Shown: positions 51,410 to 61,769, counted from the stretch's first letter. The stretch is DNA of 64,000 bases from Desulfatiglandales bacterium (GCA_963666345.1 OY762721.1:4098109-4162108); one strand, 5' to 3'. Notes: generated by a model not told the origin, from the sequence alone. Numbers and translations: made by a program.

Positions 51410-51635
51410 GCTGCTCTCCGAGAAAGTATGTGGGTCGTTTATGGTTTTTTAATAAGGTTAGGTCATATTAATAGGGCCTTTGCAGTGATTTTTCAATACA
51501 AATATCATCTGATCCTTTTTGGATTGAAAAACTGTACACATAATTTTGTTGACACGGATATTTCCGTTTCGTCAGAATAATTAACAGCATCTCATATCTG
51601 TCTGTAATGCTTTTTTGGTTTAAAAGGGGTTTTTC

Positions 51636-53732
51636 ATGATGATTCATGAGTTTGAAAAGGTGGTTCAGAGGGTCGCCTGTCCGATTAAAGGTGTTCCTTC
51701 TCTTTCAGGGGTGGAGCCTGCAGAACAGTTTCAACCTGAAAAGATAGGTAAAAAGGATGACTACCGGAATATAAATGCCGCCTTTATTATCATGCTGGCA
51801 GGAGATTCCCATCACTTATTCAAAAAGGCGGAAAGCTATCTTAAAAAGATGACCCATAATGAGGCCTTGAAGTCAGTTGCCGCCTTCTATCTTGAAGGGG
51901 TTAAAATGATCCATGCAGAGATAGAAACGGGTTGCAAAAGATACGAGAATCTCAAGATTGCTCTCGTTAATGCGTCTTCCTGGTGCATGATGGATAAATG
52001 CGAATGGAATGATGAAGCAAGAGAAAATATATGGGGCCTTTTTTTCCCTCAGGGGAAGTGGTGCATGGGGGATATCAGGGGTTTGATCCAAGATATCCGG
52101 GAAAGGAGACTCGTCGATCTGAAGAAATCAAACTCAGATCCGGTCAAAGATCCGGCAGGGGAGATCCTGTTTACATCAAATGTGTTGCTAACTGTTCCGC
52201 AGAAGCAGTCGGAAATAGATACCCTTCCATTAAGCAACAGGGTGCGCGAACAATTGAAGTCGATTGTGCATGAGGATCAGACATACGCCTTTGATCATCC
52301 TATCCAGATCGATGTTAAGCATGAAAACAATGAGGCGATATACGGGATAAGAGGCCTGAACAAGGCTGTAGAATTTGAAAAAAGGGCGGGCGGTATCATG
52401 AAAGACGATCAGCGATTGACTTGCCTGCTCTCGGTTTCCGTAACTCATAATGGTTTGCGCCGTGTAGTAAAGGATTATCTGCAAGAGATTTATGCAAGGG
52501 AAGGACCTGTGGATCATCTTGATGTATATCTATTTTGTGAGACCGATTGCGAAATGATATTTGAGAAAATACTCAAGCCGGCATCCGAGTGTTTTCTCAA
52601 AACAGAAAAGATAGAATCGCTTAAAGAGGTCTTTGGAGTTGATGGGGCTTATGGTAGGCATTACAGTTTTTTAAAGGCGATATCGGCGTTCTGGAAGGTA
52701 TTTATAAATCCTGATCTGAAAGGCACCTATAAATTTGATTTAGACCAGGTGTTTGATCAAGATGCGCTACTGAAGGAGACAGGAAAATCAGCTCTTGAGC
52801 ATTTTTTGACACCCTTATGGGGCGCACAAGGGACCGATTCTGAAGGAAGACGGGTTGAACTTGGAATGATGGCGGGTGCACTGGTAAATGAAGGCGATAT
52901 TAAAAAAGGCCTTTTCACGCCTGACGTCAACTATCCCGATATTATCCCAAGGGGAGAGTCCGTGATCTTTTTCTCCCCCCTTGCAATGGCTGTTTCTTCC
53001 AGGGCGGAGATGACCGCCAGGTATCCGGATGGGCTTCTCCACGGCCATAACTGCCTCCAGAGGGTTCATGTGACCGGAGGGACAACGGCTATCCTGGTAA
53101 AAAGCCTGAAGCGATACAGACCATTTACACCTACCTTTATCGGTCGTGCGGAGGATCAGGCCTACCTGCTCAGCTGCCTTGGAGAAAATATGGGTATGGC
53201 CCTGAGATACCTTCACAAGCCCGGCTTGATCATGCGCCATGACAAGGAATCTTTTCTCTGTCAGGCCGTAGATTCGGCAAAAATAGAGAAGTATGTCGGA
53301 GACCTGCTTAGAACCATATATTTCAGCTATTACACAACAGGTTGTACACCATGGTCCCCTGTTAAAATAAAAAAGACGCTTGATCCATTTACAGGTTGCT
53401 TTGTGACAGAGATACCCTTTACTGTAGTTTTCCTGCGAATGGCATTAAAGGCGGCAGGGCTTTTTTCGATGAAGCGGGAAAATGAAAGGCGTGAGGGCGC
53501 AAAACTTATAAAAACCGCTTCGATACGGATAGGAAGGGTTCTAAGGGAACTCTCCGAAAATCCTGAGAGGCTTAAACAAAGGTATGAAAGGGAAAAAGCG
53601 ATCTGGGACCTCTATTATGACCTGCTTGAAAACCTTGATACTGCCGTTACCAGAGGTGATAAGACTGCTCTTGAATTAAAAGAGAAGGCAATAAGCCTCA
53701 TATCTGACCTGAAGGTCCGCTTTGTTAAATGA
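51636..53732 (+). CDS. Large hypothetical protein with possible GT-A-like motifs
   Basis: 698-aa uninterrupted ORF with upstream TTGACA; DLDQ, RAEDQ, MRHDK motifs. Confidence 0.7.
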   Translation: MMIHEFEKVVQRVACPIKGVPSLSGVEPAEQFQPEKIGKKDDYRNINAAFIIMLAGDSHHLFKKAESYLKKMTHNEALKSVAAFYLEGVKMIHAEIETGCKRYENLKIALVNASSWCMMDKCEWNDEARENIWGLFFPQGKWCMGDIRGLIQDIRERRLVDLKKSNSDPVKDPAGEILFTSNVLLTVPQKQSEIDTLPLSNRVREQLKSIVHEDQTYAFDHPIQIDVKHENNEAIYGIRGLNKAVEFEKRAGGIMKDDQRLTCLLSVSVTHNGLRRVVKDYLQEIYAREGPVDHLDVYLFCETDCEMIFEKILKPASECFLKTEKIESLKEVFGVDGAYGRHYSFLKAISAFWKVFINPDLKGTYKFDLDQVFDQDALLKETGKSALEHFLTPLWGAQGTDSEGRRVELGMMAGALVNEGDIKKGLFTPDVNYPDIIPRGESVIFFSPLAMAVSSRAEMTARYPDGLLHGHNCLQRVHVTGGTTAILVKSLKRYRPFTPTFIGRAEDQAYLLSCLGENMGMALRYLHKPGLIMRHDKESFLCQAVDSAKIEKYVGDLLRTIYFSYYTTGCTPWSPVKIKKTLDPFTGCFVTEIPFTVVFLRMALKAAGLFSMKRENERREGAKLIKTASIRIGRVLRELSENPERLKQRYEREKAIWDLYYDLLENLDTAVTRGDKTALELKEKAISLISDLKVRFVK

Positions 53733-53780
53733 TCCCGAACAAGATCCATTAGCAGAGAGGATGAAATCTTTCTTAAAGGA

Positions 53781-54079
53781 TCAGCCGTTTAGTTTGTAAC
53801 GTATCCTCAGCCTATTATTCTCATAACTGGAGGTTGTTATATTAAATTTGAGAGAAATTCCTCGAAGACCGAAAGATCAAGGTCGATGATTTCATTAACC
53901 TGCCTTTCAATCCCGCATATTTCTTCTTTGGACGGCTTTCGACTGAGAAGATAATCACATTTCGATTTTTTCTTTTCGATATGGGCGCTGACAGCCCTGC
54001 TGCATCCGAATTTTCTTACCATCGTCCTGTTAAGGATGTGCTATGCGGAGTGCATCCTCGGATCTAGATGTTTTTTCAA
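53781..54079 (-). pseudogene. Disrupted AlaX/tRNA_SAD-like editing-domain gene
   Basis: KKHLDPRMHSA*HILNRTMVRKFGC (TAG at 54043-54041 in HxxxH), then EEFLS joined out of frame to KFNITTSSYENNRLRIRYKLNG*. Confidence 0.7.
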
Positions 54080-54104
54080 GTTATTAGCTCAACTTCTCAT
54101 AGTT

Positions 54105-54341
54105 TCAGGAATTTGGTTCTACCCAGACAATGTTGCTTTTGTTGATAAAGAAGACCTTGCCTGTGACATTGCTGTATTCTGCATCAAAGAGTACTATGAA
54201 AGGTGTATCGGCCTTTGTAAACAGCTCCGAAACCCTGTCTTTTATGCCTATGTTAACTTTTCCGGTTAGGGTGGAGCCTTCGATTGTCCTGACCGTTATA
54301 TCTCTGTATTCTTTTTTATATCCCTCTTTTCCTGCTTCCAT
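54105..54341 (-). CDS. Small conserved hypothetical protein
   Basis: SD GGAGG; beta-rich T..GS...GK.NI...RVSE.F...PFIVL...FINK..IVW.EP. Confidence 0.7.
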   Translation of the reverse strand: MEAGKEGYKKEYRDITVRTIEGSTLTGKVNIGIKDRVSELFTKADTPFIVLFDAEYSNVTGKVFFINKSNIVWVEPNS

Positions 54342-54629
54342 TCCATCCCTCCTTTATTTTTTTCGATTTGCGGGTGCATAAGGTAATGACGAAAATCCAG
54401 CTTTATTTGATTATAGAGAGTCCGGTCCTTAAAGTTGGGTCCCGTGGGCCGGGATTTTTTACTGTTTTTAAAAAATATGGCCTTACGCATGTCTCAAAGA
54501 TCATTTATGAATACCTGAAATTATAAGCCATGTTTGTTGGAATTCGAGATAGCAGTTTGACCGTTCCCTTTTAAAACGCAATAATTAATTATAACATTTA
54601 TAAAGCGATGGTAAAATAAGAAAAATAAG

Positions 54630-54875
54630 GTGATATTTCAGGCCGGCGGTCAGCCGGTTAATGTCCCCATCGGGGATACTCTGCTCGATGCAGCTCAAAA
54701 GTCGGATGTTCACCTGAACGCATCATGTAATAGCGGCGGTTCCTGCGGTAAATGCAAAGTGATTGTTGAATCGGGTGATTATCTGAAAACAAAGAATTCT
54801 CCTCTTTTGACTGACAAGGAAAAAGAACATGGTTATGTGCTTGCCTGTCAAACAACCCTGGAGGGAAATGCATAG
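54630..54875 (+). CDS. 2Fe-2S ferredoxin domain, possibly a truncated remnant of a longer gene
   Basis: TLLDAA, SC-x5-CGKC, LACQ. Confidence 0.65.
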   Translation: MIFQAGGQPVNVPIGDTLLDAAQKSDVHLNASCNSGGSCGKCKVIVESGDYLKTKNSPLLTDKEKEHGYVLACQTTLEGNA

Positions 54876-55111
54876 ACACGGGCCTTGGGGACAATATAAC
54901 ATTTTTCGAGGGTGACATAGATAATATCCTGATATATATTAGATACTTAAAAAAAAGAAGCCAAAGATACATGAAACAGATGCTATTAATTGGATCGGAG
55001 TTGTGGAAAGAGGGGCCTTTTGTTTTGATCTTGACAAAAAGATGGTTTTGTTATTTGAGCCGTTTTAAAAAAAACATGATCAGAAAAATTATTGCGAAGG
55101 AGATAAATCAC

Positions 55112-55279
55112 ATGAACAAGACAGGACAACTTATTGAAATGACAAAAGGGTACAATGGTGTGAAAGGTGAAATAATCGATAGAACCGATTCTATGTTTGA
55201 GCTTTACATAATAAGGCTTCAAAATGGTATAAATCTGGTGGCAGGGTCCTCGGCATTTTCAGTTTCTGATGGGGAATAG
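55112..55279 (+). CDS. Small hypothetical protein (55 aa)
   Basis: SD AAGGAG then MNKTGQLIEMTKGY..G.I; composition of a small beta-barrel. Confidence 0.55.
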   Translation: MNKTGQLIEMTKGYNGVKGEIIDRTDSMFELYIIRLQNGINLVAGSSAFSVSDGE

Positions 55280-55412
55280 GCGCTGCCCTTCAGAAAATTA
55301 TCCGGGCCAATGAAGAAAATATTAGCGGCATTTAGCCGCTTTTCAGGCCTCAACAAGGTAATTGATTCAGATTTAAGAAATATTGAGCCCATCTTTTCAA
55401 ATAAGGGGAAAT

Positions 55413-56519
55413 ATGAAGAGCAAGGTATATTTTATCGATCTGAGGGCGGGATTTAAGGAAAGTTTCATCGATAAAGTGGCAAGGCTTATAAAGAGTGCAG
55501 GCCTGCCAGATGTAGTCAGGAAAAGAGATCTTGTGGCCGTAAAACTGCATTTCGGAGAACTTGGAAATACGGCATACATCCGCCCGGTATTGGTTGGAAG
55601 AATCGTAGACTTAATCAGGGAACTGGGCGGCAGTCCCTTTTTGACCGATGCAAACACCCTTTACGCCGGCACAAGAAGTGACGCCCCAAGCCATCTCCAG
55701 ACGGCGCTTCACAACGGTTTCAGCTATCCGGTTGTAAGGGCTCCGCTTATAATAGCGGACGGATTGAGGGGCAGAAGCGAGGTTGCCGTAAATATAAGCG
55801 GAAATCACTTCAAGAAGGTCTATATAGCAGCTGAAATTACACAGGCAGACTCTCTCATATCCGTTGCCCATTTCAAAGGTCATGAGCTTTCCGGTTTTGG
55901 GGGTACCCTGAAAAACCTTGGAATGGGTTGTGCTTCAAGGAGGGGGAAGATGGAACAGCACTCGGGTCTGTCACCAAAGGTGAAGAAAAAAAGATGCACA
56001 GGCTGCGGAGATTGCATTGAACATTGCTCTCAGGGAGCAATTAGTCTTAATGAAGAAAAGGCGGTGATAGATCCTGAAAAATGTATCGGCTGTGGGGAGT
56101 GCATACTGATATGTCCCAACAGGGCCATACAGATCCGGTGGAATCAGTCGATCCCGCTTTTTTTGGAAAAGATGGTTGAATATGTTTCGGGTGTGCTTAA
56201 GGAAAAGCAGGGCAGGACCCTTTTTATAAATTTCATAACAGACGTCTCCCCCGCCTGTGACTGCTACGATCACAACGATGCCCCTATTGTGAGAAACATA
56301 GGAGTGGTTGCATCGGTTGATCCCGTGGCCATTGATCAGGCCTCGGTTGATCTTGTCAACGGTGAAAGGGCGCTTCCGGGGACATGCCTGTCAACCAACA
56401 TGGAACCGGGCGAGGACAAGATAAAGGGACTTTATCCGAAGGTGGACTGGCAGAGCCAGTTAGACTATGCCTGTGAAATGGGGATCGGCAGCCGCGGATA
56501 TGACCTGATAAAGATCTGA
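55413..56519 (+). CDS. DUF362 domain Fe-S protein with 2x[4Fe-4S] ferredoxin
   Basis: VKLHFGE.GN, TDANTLY, HFKGH, GG.LKNLGMGC, two CxxCxxC..C motifs, CDC, DPVAIDQA. Confidence 0.9.
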   Translation: MKSKVYFIDLRAGFKESFIDKVARLIKSAGLPDVVRKRDLVAVKLHFGELGNTAYIRPVLVGRIVDLIRELGGSPFLTDANTLYAGTRSDAPSHLQTALHNGFSYPVVRAPLIIADGLRGRSEVAVNISGNHFKKVYIAAEITQADSLISVAHFKGHELSGFGGTLKNLGMGCASRRGKMEQHSGLSPKVKKKRCTGCGDCIEHCSQGAISLNEEKAVIDPEKCIGCGECILICPNRAIQIRWNQSIPLFLEKMVEYVSGVLKEKQGRTLFINFITDVSPACDCYDHNDAPIVRNIGVVASVDPVAIDQASVDLVNGERALPGTCLSTNMEPGEDKIKGLYPKVDWQSQLDYACEMGIGSRGYDLIKI

Positions 56520-56561
56520 ACCAAAGACGATATTTTAAAACAATTTCCACAGGGAGCTTTC

Positions 56562-56834
56562 ATGAAATACTATGTATATTTTGATGCCTACGGCAACGCC
56601 TTGAAAGTGATTGATGAGGCAGCCCTCAAAAAGGAGTACGAGGGCGATACCGGAAAATTTCTCGAAGCCATGAGCGGGGATAGCTGCAATGCCGAAACAG
56701 AGAGGGCAACGGGCCATGTCGGCACTCTCAATTTCAAGGACCAAGAGGAACTGACCGAATTTCTTGACTCCCTGGGTGATGAGGTAACGGGATTCTACAA
56801 CTGCGGTTACGATTCAAGACTCTACAATTTTTGA
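56562..56834 (+). CDS. Hypothetical protein
   Basis: SD GGGAG, 90 aa, co-oriented with the DUF362 gene. Confidence 0.65.
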   Translation: MKYYVYFDAYGNALKVIDEAALKKEYEGDTGKFLEAMSGDSCNAETERATGHVGTLNFKDQEELTEFLDSLGDEVTGFYNCGYDSRLYNF

Positions 56835-56846
56835 ATACCCCGCCTT

Positions 56847-57605
56847 TTATCTTTTCCCACCGTCGATGTGATAAATTTCGCCCGTAATCAGGGAGGCATA
56901 ATCGGATGAAAGGTAAACGACCATCGGGGCTATGTCCGAAGGCACTCCTACACGGCCCGCAGGCATAGATCGAGCCGCCTTTTCAAAATCGATTCCGGGG
57001 GTTTTTACCTGAAAAGGGGTATCTATTATTCCGGGGGCAATGGCGTTTACGGTTATGCCCATTGGGGAAAACTGATTCGCCAGCCCGATCGTCATGGTGT
57101 TGACGGCTCCCTTCATGGAGGCGTAGTGCAGAGAATTTGGAATTCCGCCGTTTGTGGCCGCAAGCGAAGAGATGTTTATCACCCGACCGAATTTTTTGGC
57201 TATCATTTGAGGCAGAAATGCCCTGCAGCATCTAAATACACCCATTACGTTAAGCTGAAAAGACCGTTGCCAAAGTTCATCTTCAGCTTCGAGAAAAGGG
57301 ACTCGCGCCAGGGCTGCGCCGGCGTTGTTTACCAGTATGTCAATTCCACCCAATGAGGAGACCGCCTGCTCTTTCAGGCTGTCTACGTCTTTTAGATCTG
57401 TAACGTCGCATTTTATCGGGAATGCTTCACGCCCGAGATTTTTAACCTCTTCGGCCACCCGGTATGCTGAATCATTAGATTCAAGGTAGGTAAAGGCCAC
57501 ATCAGCGCCTGCCATGGCCAGAGCCAAAACAGAAGCCTTGCCGATGCCACTGCCTCCACCGGTTACGACCGCTTTTCGTTCCTTAAGATCAATTTCAAAG
57601 GTCAT
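56847..57605 (-). CDS. SDR family oxidoreductase
   Basis: TGGGSGIG, NNAG, YASMK, IAPG; SD AAGGAG before ATG 57605. Confidence 0.92.
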   Translation of the reverse strand: MTFEIDLKERKAVVTGGGSGIGKASVLALAMAGADVAFTYLESNDSAYRVAEEVKNLGREAFPIKCDVTDLKDVDSLKEQAVSSLGGIDILVNNAGAALARVPFLEAEDELWQRSFQLNVMGVFRCCRAFLPQMIAKKFGRVINISSLAATNGGIPNSLHYASMKGAVNTMTIGLANQFSPMGITVNAIAPGIIDTPFQVKTPGIDFEKAARSMPAGRVGVPSDIAPMVVYLSSDYASLITGEIYHIDGGKR

Positions 57606-57879
57606 TTGTGTCTCTCCTTTCTTTGTTTTTTTCAGTCCTCTACAGACCGGGTTCATTTCGTTATGGAAAATCTGGTTCTGAAGGCAAGAGTGAAAAAAAT
57701 GGCTCTGCCGAAATGAATCTGGGTAAGTACCCATGGCGGGTTAAAATCTAAAGCACCTGAAATTATTGAACAGATTAACTCAGTTTTGTTTCGAAAATGG
57801 CAATATCCTTTTTTCCGGGGGCAAACCGCTGCCCGGTCATCTTGAGCGGGATTTTTTCTTCCTTGTTCTCTGTGGAGTA

Positions 57880-59220
57880 TCACACCAATTCGCCTTCCAG
57901 GTCATATGGGCCTGTCCCGGTAATTCGAACACGCCTGAACACGTCTGAAGCCCTTACTCCGGACCGCACGTGCATGCAGCAGTCCACCTCAGGCGCGTCC
58001 ATGTAGATTCGCCCCATGGCACTCCCGTTTTCAGTGTCGAGTTTATCGATTATCATATCAAAGATTCTGCCTTTAAGTGAACTGTGAAATCTATCGGACA
58101 CCCCTGCCTGAATCTCCATAAGCCTGTCCAACCTTTCTGAAGCAGTCTCAGGTGAAACGCTCATGTCCATCTTAAAGGCGGGTGTTCCGGATTCTGGCGA
58201 AAAGATAAAAGCCCCCAGTCTTTCAAACTGAAACTGGGCCACAAAATCGCAAAGTTTTTCAAAATCCCGTTTCTCTTCACCTGGAAAACCCACAATAAGA
58301 GAGGTCCGTAAAACGAGCCCCTTTATCCGGACTCTCAATTTTTCAATTAGGTTTTTTATGTAGACCGGATTCCCCCTTCTCCCCATTCTTTTCAAGACAG
58401 ACCCCGATATATGCTGTATCGGCATATCGATATAAGGCAGGACCTTGGGAGTATCTCCGATTGTCTCTATCAGTCTATCTGAAAAGTTATCAGGGTGCGT
58501 ATACATGAGCCTGATCCATTCGATCCCTTCCACTTTTGAAAGGTCTTTTAGTAGAAGTTCGAGGTTCTGGTCCTGAGAGCCTTTCCCATAACAGGTCGTG
58601 TCCTGAGCTATCAGGACTATTTCTCTTTTTCCGATCCGGGCGAGTTCCTCCGCCTCCTTGACGATCATGTCCCTGTCTTTGCTTATGTAGGGGCCCCTTA
58701 TGTAAGGAATCGTGCAATAGGTGCATCGATTGTCACAGCCCTCGGCTATCTTGAGGTAGGCGGAATATTCAGGCCCTGAGACTACATTTGCATTTTCAAC
58801 AGACCCCGAGCCCGTAAGACCCAGGAGCTCGGCGCACCATTTACCGATTTTATCCCTCTCCTTCAACCCGAAAACGGCGTCAGCCTCGATAAGTTCCCTT
58901 TCAAGTTCTTTCCCGAAACGTTCTGCAAGGCAACCTGCAACTACAAGGGCCCTGAGAACACCGGTTTTTTTAAGCTCTGAAAGCTCGAGGATCGTATCGA
59001 TCGATTCTTCACACGCATCCCTTATGAAACCACAGGTATTGACTATGATGACATGTGCACTATCCTCATTTACGATTTCAAAGCCCCGAGCGATGAGATC
59101 CTTTATGATCGCTTGGGAGTCAACCTGGTTCATCGGACAGCCGAGAGTTACAATAGACGCCCTAGGGATTTCGTCAAAATCAATACCTTCGATTCGGTTG
59201 CCTCTTTCATGCACCTTCAT
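57880..59220 (-). CDS. rimO: Ribosomal protein S12 methylthiotransferase
   Basis: LGCP.N.VDS, NTCGFI, AYLKIAEGCDNRCTYC, R.MY..P, DAPEVD. Confidence 0.92.
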   Translation of the reverse strand: MKVHERGNRIEGIDFDEIPRASIVTLGCPMNQVDSQAIIKDLIARGFEIVNEDSAHVIIVNTCGFIRDACEESIDTILELSELKKTGVLRALVVAGCLAERFGKELERELIEADAVFGLKERDKIGKWCAELLGLTGSGSVENANVVSGPEYSAYLKIAEGCDNRCTYCTIPYIRGPYISKDRDMIVKEAEELARIGKREIVLIAQDTTCYGKGSQDQNLELLLKDLSKVEGIEWIRLMYTHPDNFSDRLIETIGDTPKVLPYIDMPIQHISGSVLKRMGRRGNPVYIKNLIEKLRVRIKGLVLRTSLIVGFPGEEKRDFEKLCDFVAQFQFERLGAFIFSPESGTPAFKMDMSVSPETASERLDRLMEIQAGVSDRFHSSLKGRIFDMIIDKLDTENGSAMGRIYMDAPEVDCCMHVRSGVRASDVFRRVRITGTGPYDLEGELV

Positions 59221-59230
59221 TTTATTTTCC

Positions 59231-59998
59231 TCAACCCAGGAAAAGTTCTTCGCCAGGTTCCGCTAATATCGCCTTTACCTCTTTTAATCGGCTGAGTTTC
59301 CGCTGAATTTTTTTCCAGGTTTTCCTTCTTACGTCGCGATTAATATGGACGAGAACAAGTTTGTCCGCTTCTGCCGCACGCGCAAGATCGAGGCAGAGGT
59401 CTACGGTACCATGCCCCGGGTAATCATTTTCAATGCCGAAAGCCTCATGGATCAAAAGGTCGCATCCTTTTGCTAGCAGGCATGTCTTTTCAGTGGGATT
59501 TCCGTCACCGCTGTAGAAAATGGATCTGTTTTCAGAATCAAGGCGAAGAGCAAGACATGAAGAGGAATGTCCTGATAAGGCAAAGGACCATTTGAAATCC
59601 AAAAGTTCAAGGGAGGTACCCTCAGAGACTTCATGAAAATTGATTCCATATTGAAGCTTATCTCTTATGCCTGGGTATGCAAGGTCCAGGGAGGATTCTA
59701 TCTTCTCGGTTATCCCGCTTTGGCCGATTATCATAAGAGGTTTTACCCTTTTTTCTTCCCAGAAGCGTAACAGAAGAAGCGGGGTTCCCATGAAGTGATC
59801 CCCGTGGAAATGAGAAATCCAGATGGCGTCCAGGTCCATTGGAGCGGGACTGTACCTCCAGAAGTCATGAGCACCGGTGAAACCGCAATCGAGCAGTATC
59901 TGCCTGTTTTCAGCCCCGGATTTCGCAGATATGACAACACAGGTGTTTCCATATCTTTCATCAAACGCCTCGCCGACACCCGCAAATATAACCCTCAT
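59231..59998 (-). CDS. RNase Z-like MBL-fold hydrolase
   Basis: GVGEAFD, DCG, SHFHGDH, YSGD, HEA, LVHI. Confidence 0.8.
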   Translation of the reverse strand: MRVIFAGVGEAFDERYGNTCVVISAKSGAENRQILLDCGFTGAHDFWRYSPAPMDLDAIWISHFHGDHFMGTPLLLLRFWEEKRVKPLMIIGQSGITEKIESSLDLAYPGIRDKLQYGINFHEVSEGTSLELLDFKWSFALSGHSSSCLALRLDSENRSIFYSGDGNPTEKTCLLAKGCDLLIHEAFGIENDYPGHGTVDLCLDLARAAEADKLVLVHINRDVRRKTWKKIQRKLSRLKEVKAILAEPGEELFLG

Positions 59999-60020
59999 AT
60001 TGCTCCCTCATGAAAAAAAG

Positions 60021-60644
60021 TATTTAACAACCACCCCTAAAAGGGGTGGACTAAAAGGTGACCCTAAAAGGGTAACATTTACATCCTTATACTAGGCAAT
60101 TACATGCGCTTATCTTTTTCCAACTGCCATTTGACATACTTTCTGATCTTCTCCTCATCCAGTCCTATGGTACTGACACAGTATCCCTTCGCCCAAAAAT
60201 GCCTTCCCCAGTACCGCCTTTTCAACTCCAGATGCCTATCAAAGATCTTTATGGCGCATTTGCCTTTCAAAAAACCTGTTACTTCCGAAACCGATAACTT
60301 CGGTGGTATTGATATCACAAGATGCACATGGTCTTTCTGGACATTCATTTCCAGAATTTCAAGCTTCTTCCATTCGCACAGCTGCTTTATAATTTCACAG
60401 ACTGATTTTCTTACTGCACCTTTCAGAATCCTGAATCGATATTTCGGGCACCAAACTATGTGGTATTTGCAATCCCAGATCGCATGTGCTAATTTTCTAA
60501 AATCATTCATTGAATACCTCCTTTTATCTTCAGGGTCACCTACCCCGATATTATGGAGGTATTCTTTTTTTGTCACCACCACGCTACCCGCTTAGCATAG
60601 CTGGGACCCACCAGTAAAACTGGTGGATTAAGGGGTTATTTAAA
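60021..60644 (-). mobile_element. IS200-type insertion sequence, copy B
   Basis: Near-identical to 21649-22272 (two substitutions seen by eye). Confidence 0.92.
60100..60510 (-). CDS. tnpA: IS200/IS605 Y1 transposase
   Basis: Same as copy A except ELKRR versus ELERR. Confidence 0.93.
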   Translation of the reverse strand: MNDFRKLAHAIWDCKYHIVWCPKYRFRILKGAVRKSVCEIIKQLCEWKKLEILEMNVQKDHVHLVISIPPKLSVSEVTGFLKGKCAIKIFDRHLELKRRYWGRHFWAKGYCVSTIGLDEEKIRKYVKWQLEKDKRM

Positions 60645-60962
60645 AAATATTGATAAGGATGAGGCCTGATGTAAAAAAGATTAAAAGACATATGTCCTGA
60701 TATTATAAAAATTGAGTTAAATAACATGACAAAATCTGCTAAAATAAAAACTGGGGCTTCAACCTGTTATCATCTGCATTATAATCTGCTTTTGATATGG
60801 CGGCCTCCTGCAGAAAAGACCCATCGCCTAAGACTTGGAGGCACACGCCGGCCCATAATGAGGCATGTAGCATCCTGCAGTAAACAGATGCGGATCGATT
60901 CGGAAATCGGGTATAATGACCCCGGATGGAAGTCATCCTGTTTCGGGTTTTTTACGGATGGA

Positions 60963-61769
60963 TCAATTTCTGCGGAAAAATAAATTTTCAAGGAACCTCC
61001 TTATCCTTTCCAGGACAGGGATCCTTATGCGGATCTTTACGTAAAGATCACCGGAGAGGCCACCACCTTTGCCGGGGGCTCCCATCCCTCTGAGGCGTAT
61101 TCTTTGACCCTCCGTTACTCCGGGAGGTATCGTGACAACTAGTTCCTTTGATTGTGGCCGATACAGGTATCTTATCTTTCCCCCTGAAAACGCCAGACTG
61201 GGAGAGATGGCTATGACGTCTGAAAGGTCCTTTCCCTTTTCCGGTATTTCTATGCCGAATTTCCTCTTAATGCCGTACCGGATAAGTCTGGCAAGACCTC
61301 CGATCGGGAAGCCTTTTGCTCGCATGGCTCCAGGCCGGCTTGAACCGGTAAAGAAAAAGGCTTGATTTCCAATTCCGGGCCGCCTGTTTGCATGAGAAGA
61401 ATATCCTCTGCCCTGGAATTGTTTGAAGACTTCGTCAAAGCCTCTTAATCCGAAGGCTTTGCTTAATTCCTCAAAGATTTGATGTATGTCGGATCCGCTG
61501 AAAATATCATCGTCGGAGTAGTCCTGTCTGAACCTGCTGTGGGCGCCGGATCCGAATTGCTCTTTCATGGCATTGTATTCGTTTCTCTTTTTCGGATCCG
61601 AGAGTACCGCATATGCCTCATTAATATCCTTCATCCGGGATGAGGCGTGACTGTCACTGTTTCTATCCGGATGATATTTAAAGGCCAGAGTCCTGTAGGC
61701 GTTCTTTATCTGTTTTTGATCCGAGTTTTTTCCTATACCTAGAATTTCGTAGTAATCTGTATGTTCCAT
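60963..61769 (-). CDS. J-domain protein (DnaJ/CbpA-like, no zinc finger)
   Basis: DYYEILG, YHPDRN, INEAYAVLSD, G/F region, IPPGV..GQRIRLRG.G...GDLY. Confidence 0.9.
   Translation of the reverse strand: MEHTDYYEILGIGKNSDQKQIKNAYRTLAFKYHPDRNSDSHASSRMKDINEAYAVLSDPKKRNEYNAMKEQFGSGAHSRFRQDYSDDDIFSGSDIHQIFEELSKAFGLRGFDEVFKQFQGRGYSSHANRRPGIGNQAFFFTGSSRPGAMRAKGFPIGGLARLIRYGIKRKFGIEIPEKGKDLSDVIAISPSLAFSGGKIRYLYRPQSKELVVTIPPGVTEGQRIRLRGMGAPGKGGGLSGDLYVKIRIRIPVLERIRRFLENLFFRRN

Noticed and set aside
54041..54043. In-frame TAG as a pyrrolysine or readthrough codon
   Set aside because: The same gene also has an apparent deletion and frameshift, and no pyl genes are in the window; a nonsense mutation is simpler.
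60650..60960. Short overlapping ORFs or an ncRNA between IS copy B and the J-domain gene
   Set aside because: No SD, motif or convincing structure that I could support.
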